From: the human T2T-CHM13v2.0 reference genome, Homo sapiens
Length of the DNA: 64,000 bases
Reading direction: 5' to 3'
Assembly (NCBI GenBank): GCA_009914755.4
Contig: CP086569.2
Location: 7,776,001 to 7,840,000 of the forward strand
The notes beneath the pieces are model-generated. The model searched no databases. It was not told the origin of the DNA and saw only the letters and a list, made by a program, of their open reading frames with translations. Below, one piece after another: positions 42,026 through 57,832 of this stretch; position 1 is the stretch's first letter; every line of letters starts with the position of its first letter. A program made the position numbers and the translations under genes.

Positions 42026-44607
42026 ACAATATAAAAGACACGAAATTCAGACATTAAAAACAATTCTTTGGATATTAAAAATTGTAGTCTTCTGATATTT
42101 TATAACGGTTATATCTACTTCTCTTGGCAATGTTTCACTCAGTGGGAGTGAAAACAAAGGGACTTAACTCCCTAGACAGACTGAATAATACATGGCTTAC
42201 TCGCTTCTATTAGTATGAACACTTTCTTTTTTGTTATTAAATTTTTGTACAATGCAATAACACAAAAGAAAATTGTGCTGCAGTGTATAAAATGTATGAT
42301 GTGTTAGCTTATGTTAAAATCAGAAACACTGTTCAAGTGCTGTAAAAATATGAGATGTATATTATTCTTTATATTATGGGTTTTATTTTATCAAATGGTA
42401 AGATTAGACATTTTCTTTCTCTTAATAAAAACATAAGACTACACTTTCAAGAAAGCCTGAGAAGTACTGTCCTGAGCATCTTGATTTCTTGAATATTGGC
42501 CACAAATTACTATGTTACTGTTTGATACTAGAAAAAAAACATCCCAACACAACTCCCAGTAAGATATGGAAGTACATCATTCCAAGCTTGACAAACTACA
42601 ATATGATGATTGCCTAAAGGGGATTCCAAATCTTACAGCAATTTTTTCTCCCTTCACACATATTAACTTGAACACTATGTTCAATTCCCATCATGAACTC
42701 ACACATGAACACACCACACCCCACCACGTTCTGCAGTGGAAACACTGCTGGCCCTGTCCTGGTGAAGGACAGAAAAATCAAAATCCATTGAGTCTCCATC
42801 AATAAGCTCATAGGTTGGTACCTCTAGACTCCTCTGAAACAGGCAGAAGTAACTTCAGAAAAGTTTCCAGAAAAAAATCTATATTCATAATTTTGCCCTG
42901 ATACTTAGGAGAGTTGATGCTGGTATTTTTTTTAACCTTTGTTCCATCGTTTGTAAAATGGCTAAAATAACCTGGGCCATTCCTTACCCCATGATTTTTA
43001 TCATAATCAGGTGAGATAACATATGTAGAAATCTGGAAATTGTTTATAAAATTTAATATTCCTATTTTTTGAAAGGTTTATATTTGGTATATGTAGCAAA
43101 TGTGCATGCCTTTCTATGTACCAGTCAGTGTTCTAAGTGGCCTAAGTTTTTAACTCATTTCATCATCCCAATCTCTGTATGAAGTATAAATGACTTTCAG
43201 CCCCATTTGATATATCAGTAAGCTGAGACACTGAGAGACAAAGTAATTCATTTATTCTATTAATACCTATACTATACCAATATTTTAAGGATGTCACTGA
43301 CTGAACTCATGCCATGCATATGCTATCCCATGCCTAGGCTATAAGACCAGGAGACTAGTATATAAATTGGTTTAACTATACAATGTAAAAGCAAGATTCC
43401 ACATAGAAGCCCTCAAAATACAGTGTGAGCCAATCCTAGGAAAAAGAAGAGAGAAATCAAAATATCTAAATTGTCTAAATGGAAACAATGGACTTTGGCC
43501 ATGGAGGAACAAAGGATAATGATAGTGACCTACTCCTGAACAGCCCTTAACTGTGTAAGATTGGGCCCTTTGATTGTCCTTTGTTAGCATCATTATCATA
43601 TTACTTGTAAGCAATAGCAGAAATTAAAAATGTGACAAAGAAGTATTTGAGATATGATACATCCTATTGGTGAGAGTAAAAGGATGAAATGAAGATGTTA
43701 TTAAATTAAAATGAGCAAGGGAAAGATGGGAATACAAATAAGTAAGTATCACCAAATTGTTCAGATAATGCAGAAAGAGCTCAGAGAATGCATCAGAGTA
43801 ATTCTACCCATAGTGTACTATTTGACTAGAACACCACATCCTTCATGTACTCTTTGACTAGAACACCATGTCCTTAAGAACTAACCTTAAGTAGGCATGG
43901 CACCAACGATACCTTTGTGGGGAAAGCAGAAATTCAGATGCATTTACAGAGTGTGTTATGGCGTATATGCGACTTCCCTTCAGCTACTCGATCTCTGTCT
44001 GTTTTGTTATGACTACTTTTTTAGAGATTTTGGTATTGCTTCCCAGTTACCAATTACCTAATCACATAACATTAGTTTCTAGCATGCACTTTAGCTCCCA
44101 GAAGCAGAGATGACTTTGGTAAGGGGGCATAGCTAATTTATTTATGATCTATCACTGAGTAACAAATAATATTGAAACTTAGTGGCTTAAAAAAACACCA
44201 TTAATTACTTCACAGTTTATGTGGTTCTGGAAACTGGGCATAGTTATCAGGGTATGTCTGGCTCAAGGCTTCTCGTGAGATTGCAATCAAGGTGTTAACC
44301 AGGATTTCAGTCATTGTAATACACATGTAGGGAAAGATGTGCTTCCAAGCTTGTTCACCTGGTTGTTGGCAGGGTTTAGTTCTCAATGGGCTGTTGGGCT
44401 AAGGACTTCAGTTCCTAACTGGCTATTAGCTAAAGGCTGCCTCTACGTATTGACACATGAGTGTGCTCATAATGCAGCTCAAACATGACAGGCAGCTTTC
44501 TAGGAAACAGCTTGGACAGGGGTGGGTGAGGTGTTCCACATTTGGGCTTCCACATGTGAGATGTATAAGCAAAGTACTTTAAAATATTAGTAAAATAAAT
44601 CATTAAG

Positions 44608-44907
44608 GGGACCCTGCATGGTGGCTTGTTCCTATAATTCCAGCACTTTGAGAGGTCAAGGCAGGAAGATTGCTTGAGTCCAGGAGTCTGAAAGTAGCCT
44701 GGGCGACATAGCAAGACCCATCTCTACAATAAGCACATAAATAAAAATTTCGCTTGGCATGGTAGTGCATATCTCTTGTTCCAGCCACTTGGGAAGCTGA
44801 GGTGGGAGGACCACTTGAGCCCAGGATTTCAGGACTGCTGGGAGCTATAATCATTCCACTGCACTCCAGCCAGGGCAACAGAGTGAGACCCTATATCAGG
44901 AAACAAA
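44608..44907 (+). mobile_element. Alu (older AluJ/S-like)
   Basis: 'ggaccctgcatggtggcttgttcctataattccagcactttgagaggtcaaggcaggaagattgcttgagtccaggagtctgaaagtagcctgggcgacatagcaagacccatctc...gcactccagccagggcaacagagtgagaccctatatc'. Confidence 0.85.
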
Positions 44908-47872
44908 ATAGTGAAGAGAAAACAGTAAAAGATGATGGCTGAACTAAAGTGTAAGAGAAGGTCTTTGGAAACTAGGAATTTCAGATACTGGTATTATTTG
45001 GTGGGCCTTTGTGTGAATGTTAAACTCACTGTAATCATTGACAGGAATTGGAATGGACAGGAAAATTGTGAGAATAAATTTTTAAATTTCCTAAATTTAA
45101 AAATAAATTTAGGAAAGTGTATTTGAATATGATACTAGAAAGGGAAGAAGATGAATCTGTGACCTTACTCAGGCCTTCCATTATGTGGAGTGTGAGAGGA
45201 TTAAGTGGCCTGTGCTTGGGTGGGCTGCAAGAGAAGTAGTGACTTCTATGGAGAACCTGTGTTATTTCAGGCACAAAGGTTGAAGGTTATTAATTGAGGT
45301 TGTTGTGTGTAGAGAGGAGTTTCTTTATCATAAAGTATTAACTCTAGAATTGCCCCAACTCCCTTTCAAGCTAGCCTACTTGGTAAGATGTTATAGTAAA
45401 TGTCCTCCCTTCCATGTGTTGCTTGTCCTGTATCTCATATACCTCACTAAAGTACTCCACATATGCTCTTTTATTTCAGGCTTGTTTACTGGGGAACTCA
45501 AGCTAGTACAAAGGGAAAGGGAAATGTAATACTGTTTATTCAAAGGGGTTTATGTGTGCACAAGTATAATATACATGGTGTATACCAGTGAATGTTAGCA
45601 AATAATTATCAAACAAAAAAATTAAGGTATGAAGACCTGTTTCTAGTAATCACCGTAATTATCATAACAATCATCATTGTTGCTCTCATAAATTCACATT
45701 AGGGTAACAAGCCATATGATTTAATCTGGGATGCTCACAGGAGGAGGCCCAGGCCAGATTGCAGGAGAGAAAGAGGATGTTTTTCTTTACCCAATCAACA
45801 CTGATTTCATTAAGAAGACTAAATTTGTTTTTCCCTTTAAATTTACATATTCTGTTGAGAAATCCTTAATATAACTAGCAGTTTTAAAAGATATAGCAAC
45901 ACTTTCTATACAAAAAGTTGGAAATTATATGTTTTTACTAGCAATGAGAAAATGTTGAAAAAGATAACAATAAGTAGATAATTTATAATCAGGGGAAAAT
46001 TATAGTTCTGACAATGTATTAGATTCCTAGAGCTACCATTAAAAAATTACCACATTTTGAATGGCTTTGAAAAACATATTTTTTTTTTCTGCATTCTGGA
46101 AGCTAAAAGTCTGAAGTCAATATGTTGCAGGACCTCTGAGATTCCTAGAGGAGAATTCTTCCTTGCCTTTCCCAGCTTCTGGTTGTTGCCAGTAATCCTT
46201 GGCATTCATCAGCTTGTAGATATACTGCTTCACCATCTACCTCTCTCTTCACATGGCTGTCTTCCCTGGGTGTATGTCTCTGGTCTCTAAATCTCTCTTT
46301 CCTTGTAATGATACAAGATACTGCATTTAGGGCATGCCCTAATCTAGTGTGACATTACCTTAACTTGATTATATTTGAAAAGTTTATATTTCCAAATAAG
46401 GTTAGAGTTGCATATCCCTAGGGTTATCATTTCAACATTTTTTTTTTAGAAAATTCAACCAAATACAGGGTTATTATTAAATAATAATTATTGGAATTTT
46501 GACACTAATTCCTGAAAACCAAAGTTTCTACTAAAATAAATAAATGAAGATGAGGTAGCAAGGTAACAAATGTTTTACTCAGGTAAACTTGGAAGCAGTC
46601 ATGAGATGTGACAGTTTACCTAAGTAAATAATTCCAAAGAAATTATCTCCCTAACACCAATTAGTATAGTTCTTAGATTAGGCAAATCCTTCGTCCTGCT
46701 CATGTCATAGCTTTGCTTTGCTGTTCACAATTTTGGAGTTGAAAACACCTTAGGGGCCTCATCCATTAATGCAAACAAATATAAAAGGGCAATGCATCAG
46801 AGTTGTTTTCCTACTTCAAATGACTGGATTCTGAGCTTCCCCATTATCTCAAGGTTCTGAGCGGTGGAGTGTTTAGCAGTCAAACAACATGAAAATGCAT
46901 ACTGTGAAACACTAAGCTTCTTTCTTACCAGAAATACCACTGGGAAGAAAAAAAAAAGGAGTTTCTCTGTATTGGCACTACAAAGGATATGTGAAAGCAA
47001 GGATATTTCGCTCTACTCTCACAGCCTTCACCACTGTAAATATCTACTGTCATGCAGACCAGCTCTCAGTTCTAAAACATAGGACCCTCTAGAAGACTGG
47101 CTATCTACAGAAAACACAAAAGTTGAAAGTCTTTTTACATGGCCTCTTTAAACACACATTACTTTTGTTGTTGTTGTTTGTTTCTTAAGGCCACTACATT
47201 TTATTAATTTTACACCACTCCGTGCAATAATTTTCAAGGAAATATGGAGTACACTTAGTGTAATATTTATTTTATACCCACAAAAAATTCCGAATTGCAG
47301 ACGTTTTACATCTTAAAGCTCTTGACAAATGGATCAAAAATAGTTTTTGGTTTTTATTTCCTCACAGGTGTTTTCCCTCCATTCTTTCAACATTAGTTCA
47401 TTTTGTCAACAAGCATTGTCAGAAACTATGTAATTGTCACATTGAACTTTATGCCATTTTTCAGGTGACTCCCCATCTTCTAATACACAAACCTGAGATT
47501 CATATTTGTTTTAAAACCTGCTACTGGTCCCCTAATACTCACCATTATTGAGTTAGTTATTAATACTTTTGGTTTATGCATGTTTACTTTCCATTACACC
47601 TACTTGTTTTCAAAGGTCCTGTTCAGAACACATTTCTCAAATAATTTCTGAACCTAAAAATGAAAGTCCCTTCAAAATAATTCCTCTGTTTACAACTTTG
47701 ACTTTTCCATATGGCCTTTAGTTTCTTTATCTGTAAAATAAGTGATTAGATCATTACTATTCAAGTCTACTACATCTTTTGCAGCCTTTTAAACTTGACA
47801 CAAGCACTGTATGCTAAGTGCTATTATAAATTAATATTATGAAAACTCAGTAAGAAATTACACTTGAAATAA

Positions 47873-48188
<316 letters not shown>

Positions 48189-51100
48189 TTATTTAATCAT
48201 ATTTGATAATGTTACTCAAATATTTCAAGTAAAAAGATAATGTAAAGATAAATTTAATAAGAATACATAATTTTTAAAAAAAATACATGTGAAGACTTTT
48301 AATTACACCATTTGACCTCATATGTTGCTGGCCTGCAGCTAGGGGGACGTTACTCGATTTGAATTTCATGTTAAAACGAGTCAGTAATTTTTGTTTGCTG
48401 TAATTTATGAGTGAGGGACGATTTTATTTTTAGAGGCAAATGGAAAAATAGCATCTGATTAGACAGAATCCAGGCAAAACAAACAAACAAACAAAAAACA
48501 GGTTGTAATGTGTAAAACAAGAAAATCTACAAAATTTTTTTCTCTTTCTCTTCTATTTCCTTCTATTGCTGTATGAACAAAGGGAATCAGGGGATCTTGG
48601 AGCAGAGGAGCAAACGGGAAAGGCCCAGATATTTAGGTTGATGAGAATATGCATAATGCTAAAATTACAATGTATAAGTAAACATAGAAAATATCCATTA
48701 TTAGCATAATGGTTGCGATAAGTACTTAAAATAAGTATTCATAATGCAGAGACTTTTTCAGCATCTGAACTAAATACAATATATTGTATTTCATGATAAT
48801 CTGAAACCAGAGGGTCAGTCCAAAATAACTCTAGTGTCAGTGTAGGAATTAATAGTAATAAATATGCAATCCATGTTTAAGTATATGAATTAGGTCTGAT
48901 TAAAGCTAATAGAGGAGAAAAAGTGAGGAAAAATATTCAATTCTACTTATTTACTAAAGAGTGATCTTGCTAAATAAGATTTATCTGCTTAACTTCTAAC
49001 ATTGCTTAAGTTCAATTGTTTGTAACTTTGCTTAAGTTCAATTGTTTAATTAAAATATTAATTTTTAAATAAGAAAGATAGGGGTAATTAGTATCTTGTA
49101 TTTTAGACACATCTCTAACCCCTAATTTTTGCTATCCACATAGTGTGATGGTGACCACTGACAATAGTAAACAAATTTATTTATTCAGTCATTAAATAAA
49201 TTGTATTGAATCAACAAAAATGTATTATTTATCTAAATGTTTTCAGAGTTGAATTTTGAAGCATAAATAAACAATACATATTTATTAGCATGCATGGTAT
49301 TCTGCTAGTCATTATGACTGTATCTGCCTATGTGACAGCTTACAATTTACCAGACTCATGGTATTATGGGCTGAATTCCCAAGCCCTCTACCCATTCATA
49401 TTAAAGTCCTAACACCATTACATCATTACTGTATTTTGAAATAAGGACTTTAGAAAGGTAATTATGTTAAACTAAAGTTGTTGATTATGGCCTTATTCCA
49501 ATCTCACTGGTGTCTTATGAGAGGAGGACATTTTGACACACAAGGGTACACCAGGAATGCATTAGCACAGAGATAAGATCATGGAAACACACAAAGGGTG
49601 GGCTGCCATCTGCAAGCCAAGGACAGAGGTCTCAGAAAAAAATCAAAGCTGTTGACATCTTGACTTAGACTTCCAGCCTCCAGAACTTTGAAACAATAAA
49701 TTTCTGTTTTTTGTTTTTTTTTTTTAATAACGTCACCAAGTGTCAGCAAGTGTGTGATATTTTGCTATGGCAATAACCTGCGTAGGTCAAGGGCTGAAAC
49801 AATCTAAAGGAATTTCTTCAAACATCTTTCCATTTACAACATTATATTACTGGGGCTTTCAGCTCTAGGGAATGACTGAGTGAGTTTTTGTTTCAGATCT
49901 TTGGTGTCCTTACACTATAATAATATGCTATCAAGGAAGGCATTTCCACTGGCTTTTCTCTACTCTGCCTTCTGGACTTCAGTTTTGTTTCCAATAGTTT
50001 GATTTTCCAGGCACTACATATGGTCTCTGTGGGCAGCCAAAGCAGTGGGGGTAACAGCTGAGAACTAAGGTTGCTCAACTTCATTCAGACCATCTCAGTG
50101 AGCTAGCCATCCACCAGCTGCTATGGACAGAACAAGCTGAGTTGACCCAGCACTGGTGACATCCTGACAGTGAGACCTCTTGAGGTTTTGATGGCAGGCA
50201 CCTTACTCTCTTCACTTTAGTTCCAGCCCTGTTGATGCCACACCCCTTACAAGCATTTCTTGACATTCCTTCAGAGCATTTAAAGTTTTGTTGCAGGGAC
50301 ACAGGTGATAGTTACAGGAGATTAGAAAAATGTGTTAGCTTTGAAAATAAGTGCTAAATGAATGACCTAAGTGAGCTCTTCATGAGTTAGGACATAGATT
50401 GCTTTGCCGCAATGCTATCAAAATAACTTCAGAGAGAATGGGTAGCTTGGGTGATGTAGAAGATTTTTGCAATGCTTGGAAGCTGTTATCTCCAAATCAA
50501 ACAATGTAAAAAGATGGAATGTAAGTATTACCATATAATCATTTAGAAACTTCAGAGAAAACATAAGTTAGAAGTTTGGCTATGCCAGTTACCAACTGTG
50601 TAGCATAGAGCAAATTACAAAGCCTCTGAACTATTTCCTCATATGGTTGTTTAGATGACTAGAAATAACCTATGTTAAATGACTGACTTTGTGCCAGGCA
50701 AATGGCCTGGACTCACTAAATGGTTGTACAGTTATTGACATGGTTTCATGATTAATGCCAATCTAACCACAATCATCTTGGCAGTCTTTATTTTAGCACT
50801 CCCATGAGTGAAAGACTTCAGAAATCAAAATAGACCTCAGCAATGATTTAGTCGAGTCTCCTCATTTTCTGGAGAAAAAGAATGCCCAGAGATATTAAAT
50901 GACTTGGCCTAGGATACAGAGCCAGTTGGCAGCAGAGACAGCATCAGCCACAAAACATAATTTTTTACTCTGGATCAGAATGCTTTTCATTTTACATTCC
51001 TTTGTTGAAAGCAGTTCACATATCTTAAGTATGTATTTTTAAAACTGTACCAATTACATATGAAGGGTGAATGAACTGAAATAGATGGAAGGACATTAAA

Positions 51101-51994
51101 TCTAAGTGTTGTGGTAGTGCTACAGATTTACACATAGAACAACTGTGATGTAGCAGTACTTGAAAGTTTTGGTTGTGTCTTATCAACCTAATCTTCCTCA
51201 CAAGCCCTGACCCTGACAAAATTATGGTGGTGGTTTTAAGTGGCTAATTAATGGTATCTAACACTATTGTGTAATTTTTTTTTCAGGTAAGAGCTTTGTT
51301 TCACAGGGTGCCACTTATAAGTCCCAAAGTAGCAAATGAGAATGTGAGGAGGGGCACAAGTGGAACACTTGCCCTTGCAAAATGGAAAAGAGATGGGGAC
51401 TCCTGGCGTGACCTTTGGGTCCCTGGTTGCACCCAGATCTTCACTGTAGGATTTCTGGATCATTCTGAGATTCTCGTGCTCTGTTCTGAGTGACAGCATA
51501 AATTTTTGACTTGTGTTGGATAATTCAGGAGTTAGCTGTGCTCTTCTTTTATTTTCAAAAATTTAAAATAAATGAATAAACCCTCTATTAGATGCCCACC
51601 TATTCTGTTTATGTGGTGGCTTCAGCACCATGACTACCTTATCTCTTGTCAGGGTAGCCCTGGGAATGCTTCCTAGCACTGCACTGAGTTCTCTTCCATC
51701 TCTTCCAGGACACACGTGAGCACATCAGAGTCCTATCCTTGGTCACCTACATAAGGACATCTCAGAAACTTCTCTCAGTATTCTCTCTCTGCTTAACAAT
51801 GCCATGCCTTCATTTTACTCTTTCAGTGCATGGGTGACCTGTGCTGCCACAAACACCACATGATGAAGTTCTTTTACAGAGATCAAATCACAAGGGGGCA
51901 AAACTTTCCTTTAACTCCACATCTCTGACTCTGGGATTTCAGAAGGGTAGGAAAAACCTATGCCCCTTATGGTTTACTATTTTTCTTTTTTCCT

Positions 51995-52280
51995 TTCTTT
52001 TTGTGTGTTTTGCTCTCGTTGCCCAGGCTGGAGTCCAATAGGGCAATCTCGGCTCACCGCAACCTCTGCTTCCTGGTTTCAAGCAATTCTCCTGCCTCAG
52101 TCTCTGGAGTTATCTGGGATTACAGGCATGCACCCAACACCTGGCTAATTTTGTATTTTTAGTAGAGATGGGGTTTCTCCATGTTGGACAGTCTGGTCTT
52201 GAACTCCCAACGTGACGTGCTCCACCCACCTCAGCCTCACAATGTGCTGGGATTACAGGCATGAGCCACTGCACCTGGCC
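51995..52280 (-). mobile_element. Alu
   Basis: 'tgttttgctctcgttgcccaggctggagtccaatagggcaatctcggctcaccgcaacctctgcttcctggtttcaagcaattctcctgcctcag...ctgggattacaggcatgagccactgcacctggcc'. Confidence 0.88.
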
Positions 52281-53269
52281 TACTTTTTGCTTTCTTCTCC
52301 ACTGTCTTTTCCTTCTTCCAAGATATCATGTGTCCATAAAAATTTGCATTACATTCCTTCTCTGTCTACACAAAATTCCTCTTTGGTTATTATATTTTGT
52401 GCCTTCTCTGCACTTTTGCTAATGTTAAATATCTATAATTTGTGTTAGATAGGCTAGGATCTTCATAGTACAACCTCAGGCTTCTAGAAACTAATGTTTA
52501 ATTAGGGCAAATAATATATTGATTAACAAGCCCACAAATATTTTTTTCTCATAAAATACTTACTTTTATGTAGACCTAAACGGGGCTATGTAAAAAATTT
52601 CTTGAAACTATTCAAAAATGTTTCCTTTTCACTGAGAATAAAATACAAACTTCCTACCCAAACTTGAAGGGTCTGGCTTCCCCTCCTCTTCTATCTTACA
52701 ATGTCAACTTATGCCCTTTCCCCCAGGTTCATTGTTATCTAAAACACATATGAAATCAATGCCCCTCCCTTTAGGGTCTTTTTTTCTCATTCTATTTTTC
52801 TGAATCTTTGCACACCCAGTTTTTTCCTCATCCTTTAGGTCTAGGCTGTAGTCACCCCCAATGAGGAATTTCCTAACCTTCTTGTTGAAAGATTTTTGAA
52901 ATGACCTTCCATTCTCTCAAGCAAATTATTGCTCACTCAGCACCTTGCTTATTTTTCTAACAGTGCTTAAGACAATCTGAAATTATTTTGTTCGTTAATG
53001 TACTTGTTCATTGTTTTCTGGTAATATAGAAAATACAGGGATCAAAGGTTATTCTTACTTGTTCATCATTTTATGCCTAGAACTATTAAGATATAGTGCC
53101 TTAATAACTGGTGCTCAATAAATAACTAATGAATAAATAGTCTAGTGAATGAAAATATGTGGATCTACTAGGAGTTTTCATGATGTGCACATTTTTTTGT
53201 CCCCAAACTATTTATACTTTTGAGAATACTGTTAAGACTATAATTGTAAGAATTAAAGAGGAAAGAAAC

Positions 53270-53530
53270 ACAAAGGGTGGCTTGAGTGTTAACAAGGAGA
53301 GATTTATTTTAGAAAACAAATGTGATAGGGGCTTCTGGCCAAGTTGAGACAGAGCCACACTCTCTTATAGATTAAGAATTTTTAAGGATTCATGGCAGGA
53401 GAATTTATCAGAGGCTTCAACTGCTTCTATGTCTCTTTGTTGTGCTTTTCTGGGAGGGAGGGTTGTGTGTCTGCTTCCATACATCTTTCTGCAGCTGCAG
53501 ACATACCGCTTGAGACTGCTTTTAGCCTCC
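53270..53530 (+). repeat. Unclassified interspersed repeat, copy A (homologous to 60895-61145)
   Basis: The string 'ggtggcttgagtgttaacaaggagagatttattttagaaaacaa...ctcttatagattaagaatttttaaggattcatggcaggagaatttatcagaggcttcaactgcttctatgtctctttgttgtgcttttctgggagggagggttgtgtgtctgcttccatacatctttctgcagctgcagacataccgcttgagactgct' aligns collinearly with copy B at about 75-80% identity by eye. Confidence 0.6.
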
Positions 53531-55241
53531 CTGTCTTAGTGCACCTGAAGGGAAAGCAATGTGCTTATAAAAGCCCACTGTTTTACTGGTGTCTGGTGTG
53601 TGAGGGTGAAGTCTGATAGTGACTCAAGAGACTTTCCCCTACCTCCCTCTCTGCCCCAGCTGTCTTATCTGTGTTTATCTGTCTGCTCTTTCTGACTGCT
53701 TATTGTTAGAAGACAAGTGATTTATTTGAAATGCATGAGGTTAGAGAGGAAACTGGATCTTCAGTTGTTGGTGTTTGCCCAAGATGATGGTGCCCTTGCT
53801 CTGTCATTCGAGATCCTTTGCTTGCAAAAGAATGAGGGGCAACCAGTTCTTTCTGGTTACTTCCTGCTAATCAGGGGGTGGGGTGGAGAGGGTTTTTTGA
53901 TCTTGGATTGATTACAGAAGCAACACCATCTGTAGATATTTTAGGGTAGTTGTCTGCGAAATGGCCTTGATTCTGTCAGTTAAAAATTTTTGGAAAAGGT
54001 TATCAAGGCAGGGTAAGAACATTAGTCCTAGGCTTTTCAGCAGTGTTTCTTATTAGGCCTGATTCATTGAGACAGAATCAACATTTCTTTCCCAATGGCA
54101 GGCAGAGGCACATGTTTGGAAAGACTGTTGTGTTATTGTTTTATTAGTAACTGTTATATCTGCTATGATGATATTAAGTAAACAAAATGCTACAGTAATT
54201 TAGATTCTTTGTTCGATATTTCACCCTTAGGGTGCCACAGAATATAGTCCCACTGCAAATAGGAGAGTGAAGAAAGCAGTTCCCATAAGGTTGGCTTAGT
54301 AAATACGTTCAATTAAAAAACAACAACACCAAAAAGTTTTAATATCTGGCTTAAAGGACACATATGAATGACAAAAAGTATTTGGTAAAGTAGGGTTGAG
54401 ACTAAGATGAGTAATTTTGACTTAATTATATTTTATGATTTTTGGCTTAAGATTTCTTATTTTTTTTACTTTCATATTTAGGATGTTTTTAATGGGCTGC
54501 TAGGGGTTGCTTTCTCAGCTCTTTAGGTTTTGGCTTGAGTATGTAGTATCTAGGAGTTGATTTCTGTAATGCAAATAATTTAAACTGTAGAATATAGTAA
54601 AAATTGAAAAATGATTTGGCAGATTAGAATATAGCAACAGGTTCGCTATAGTTTTTGAAACATATTTTTCTCTCTTCAATTTCCCATTTTTTATTAAAAG
54701 AGAAATCATGGTAGGACAGTTTGCCTTTACTGTACTTGGCTTAATTAGTTTAATTACATGTTATAATGGTATTTTTTTAGTAACTTTTAACTTTAATATA
54801 AAGCCTATACAGTGCAGCAAGAGTAATTATTTGCTACACAGGCCTTTTAAGTCAGCTTTGATGGAAATTTGCATAATAGAAGGAATTTCAGATATGACTT
54901 CTTAAAGCCAAGCCCAGACATTGATTTGTACCATTAAATACCTATGAGTTGGGTGAATCCCTCTCCTCTTGAGGTTTTAAGATAACTTGCATTTCCTGGC
55001 CTGTCAGAAAATGACATTCTTTACTTACCACAAATCAGAAACCCTGTACAGGGACTGTGTACACAAGATATGAGGCTAGTTTTCCAAGGGCTTTCTTGGC
55101 TTCATAAGTTAAGTTTGATTCCTTAAAGGAGACCATACCATTCCTGTCAAAGCCTTGGTAAAATAACCAGTTTTTCCAATTGTGTTTTGCTACAAAAGAA
55201 AATAGATTATTATTGAACTTATGCAAACAACTATATTGTTG

Positions 55242-56742
<1,501 letters not shown>

Positions 56743-57691
56743 TAGTTTAAGCACACTTATAACTAGTTTTCAAATTCTAGAGGAACTAGGAAGAGAGAAA
56801 CAAACACACTTTAATTTCCATTTACAGCAGTGTACTTTACTTAGTTGTTAAAGGCTGTAGCTAGCTTAAGACAAATTTTGTTGACTCTGAAACATAAGGT
56901 AAAGATTAGCAGGGTTGTAAGCAAAAGGTTTAAACCTTGTTTTTGTTTTTTGTAATTTAGTCCATTTTGTTTTGGTTGATATTTATAACCATTTTAGCTT
57001 TTCATGTATTCTGTAGTTTTGTTCTTGTTGTGTGAGAAATCCTCCTATGAGAGCAATTGTTAAATGTTCACAGCTCAGTAATAAACCATCTTTTGAAGAG
57101 AATTTAACACAGTAACAACTGTCTGTAAATACCAAAATGTCCAGTTTGGATACAGTTAGAAACACAATTGACAAATAAATTTGGTCATTGTGGTTCAAAA
57201 TAACCCAGCATAACAACTTTAATTGTGATTAATAGCACATATTTAGACACTAGAACCTTAGACATGGCATCCAGCTTTGGAACATATTTTAATATTATTT
57301 CCTAAAACATAACCTATCAGATATTGTTTTTGGCAATTTTATGTACCTAAACATGTTAAATAATCATATTTACATTTTTTTCCTGATGTTCTACCCTTTT
57401 AAGTTCAGTTTATATGTTTACACACAGAGTTTTCTTTGCAAGATTAACATTTACAATGTTTTAACAATTGCCTTAAACCATCCACTTTACTTTATTTAAT
57501 TTTAAGACTTTGTTTTACTCTTAAGCAAAATATATAGTTATGCCTTCTTATAATTTTTAACAAAAAACATTTTTTACTGTTTTTATACACCTTTTACACA
57601 AATCCATGTTTAGCAGTTTAATTACATGTTATAATGGTATTTTTTAGTAATTTTTAACTTTAAAGCCTATTAAGTTTGTTTGTTTGTTTGT

Positions 57692-57832
57692 TTGTTTTTG
57701 AGACAGAGTCTTGCTCTCTCTCCAGGCTGGAGTACAATGGCTGGATTTCAGGTCGCTGCAACCTCCACCCCTTGGATACAAGGGATTCTGCTGCCTCAGC
57801 CTCCCAAGTAGCTTGGATTACAAATGCCTGCA
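57692..57832 (-). mobile_element. Partial Alu (one arm), preceded by a (GTTT)n tract at 57675-57697
   Basis: 'tttttgagacagagtcttgctctctctccaggctggagtacaatggctggatttcaggtcgctgcaacctccaccccttggatacaagggattctgctgcctcagcctcccaagtagcttggattacaaatgcctgc'. Confidence 0.8.
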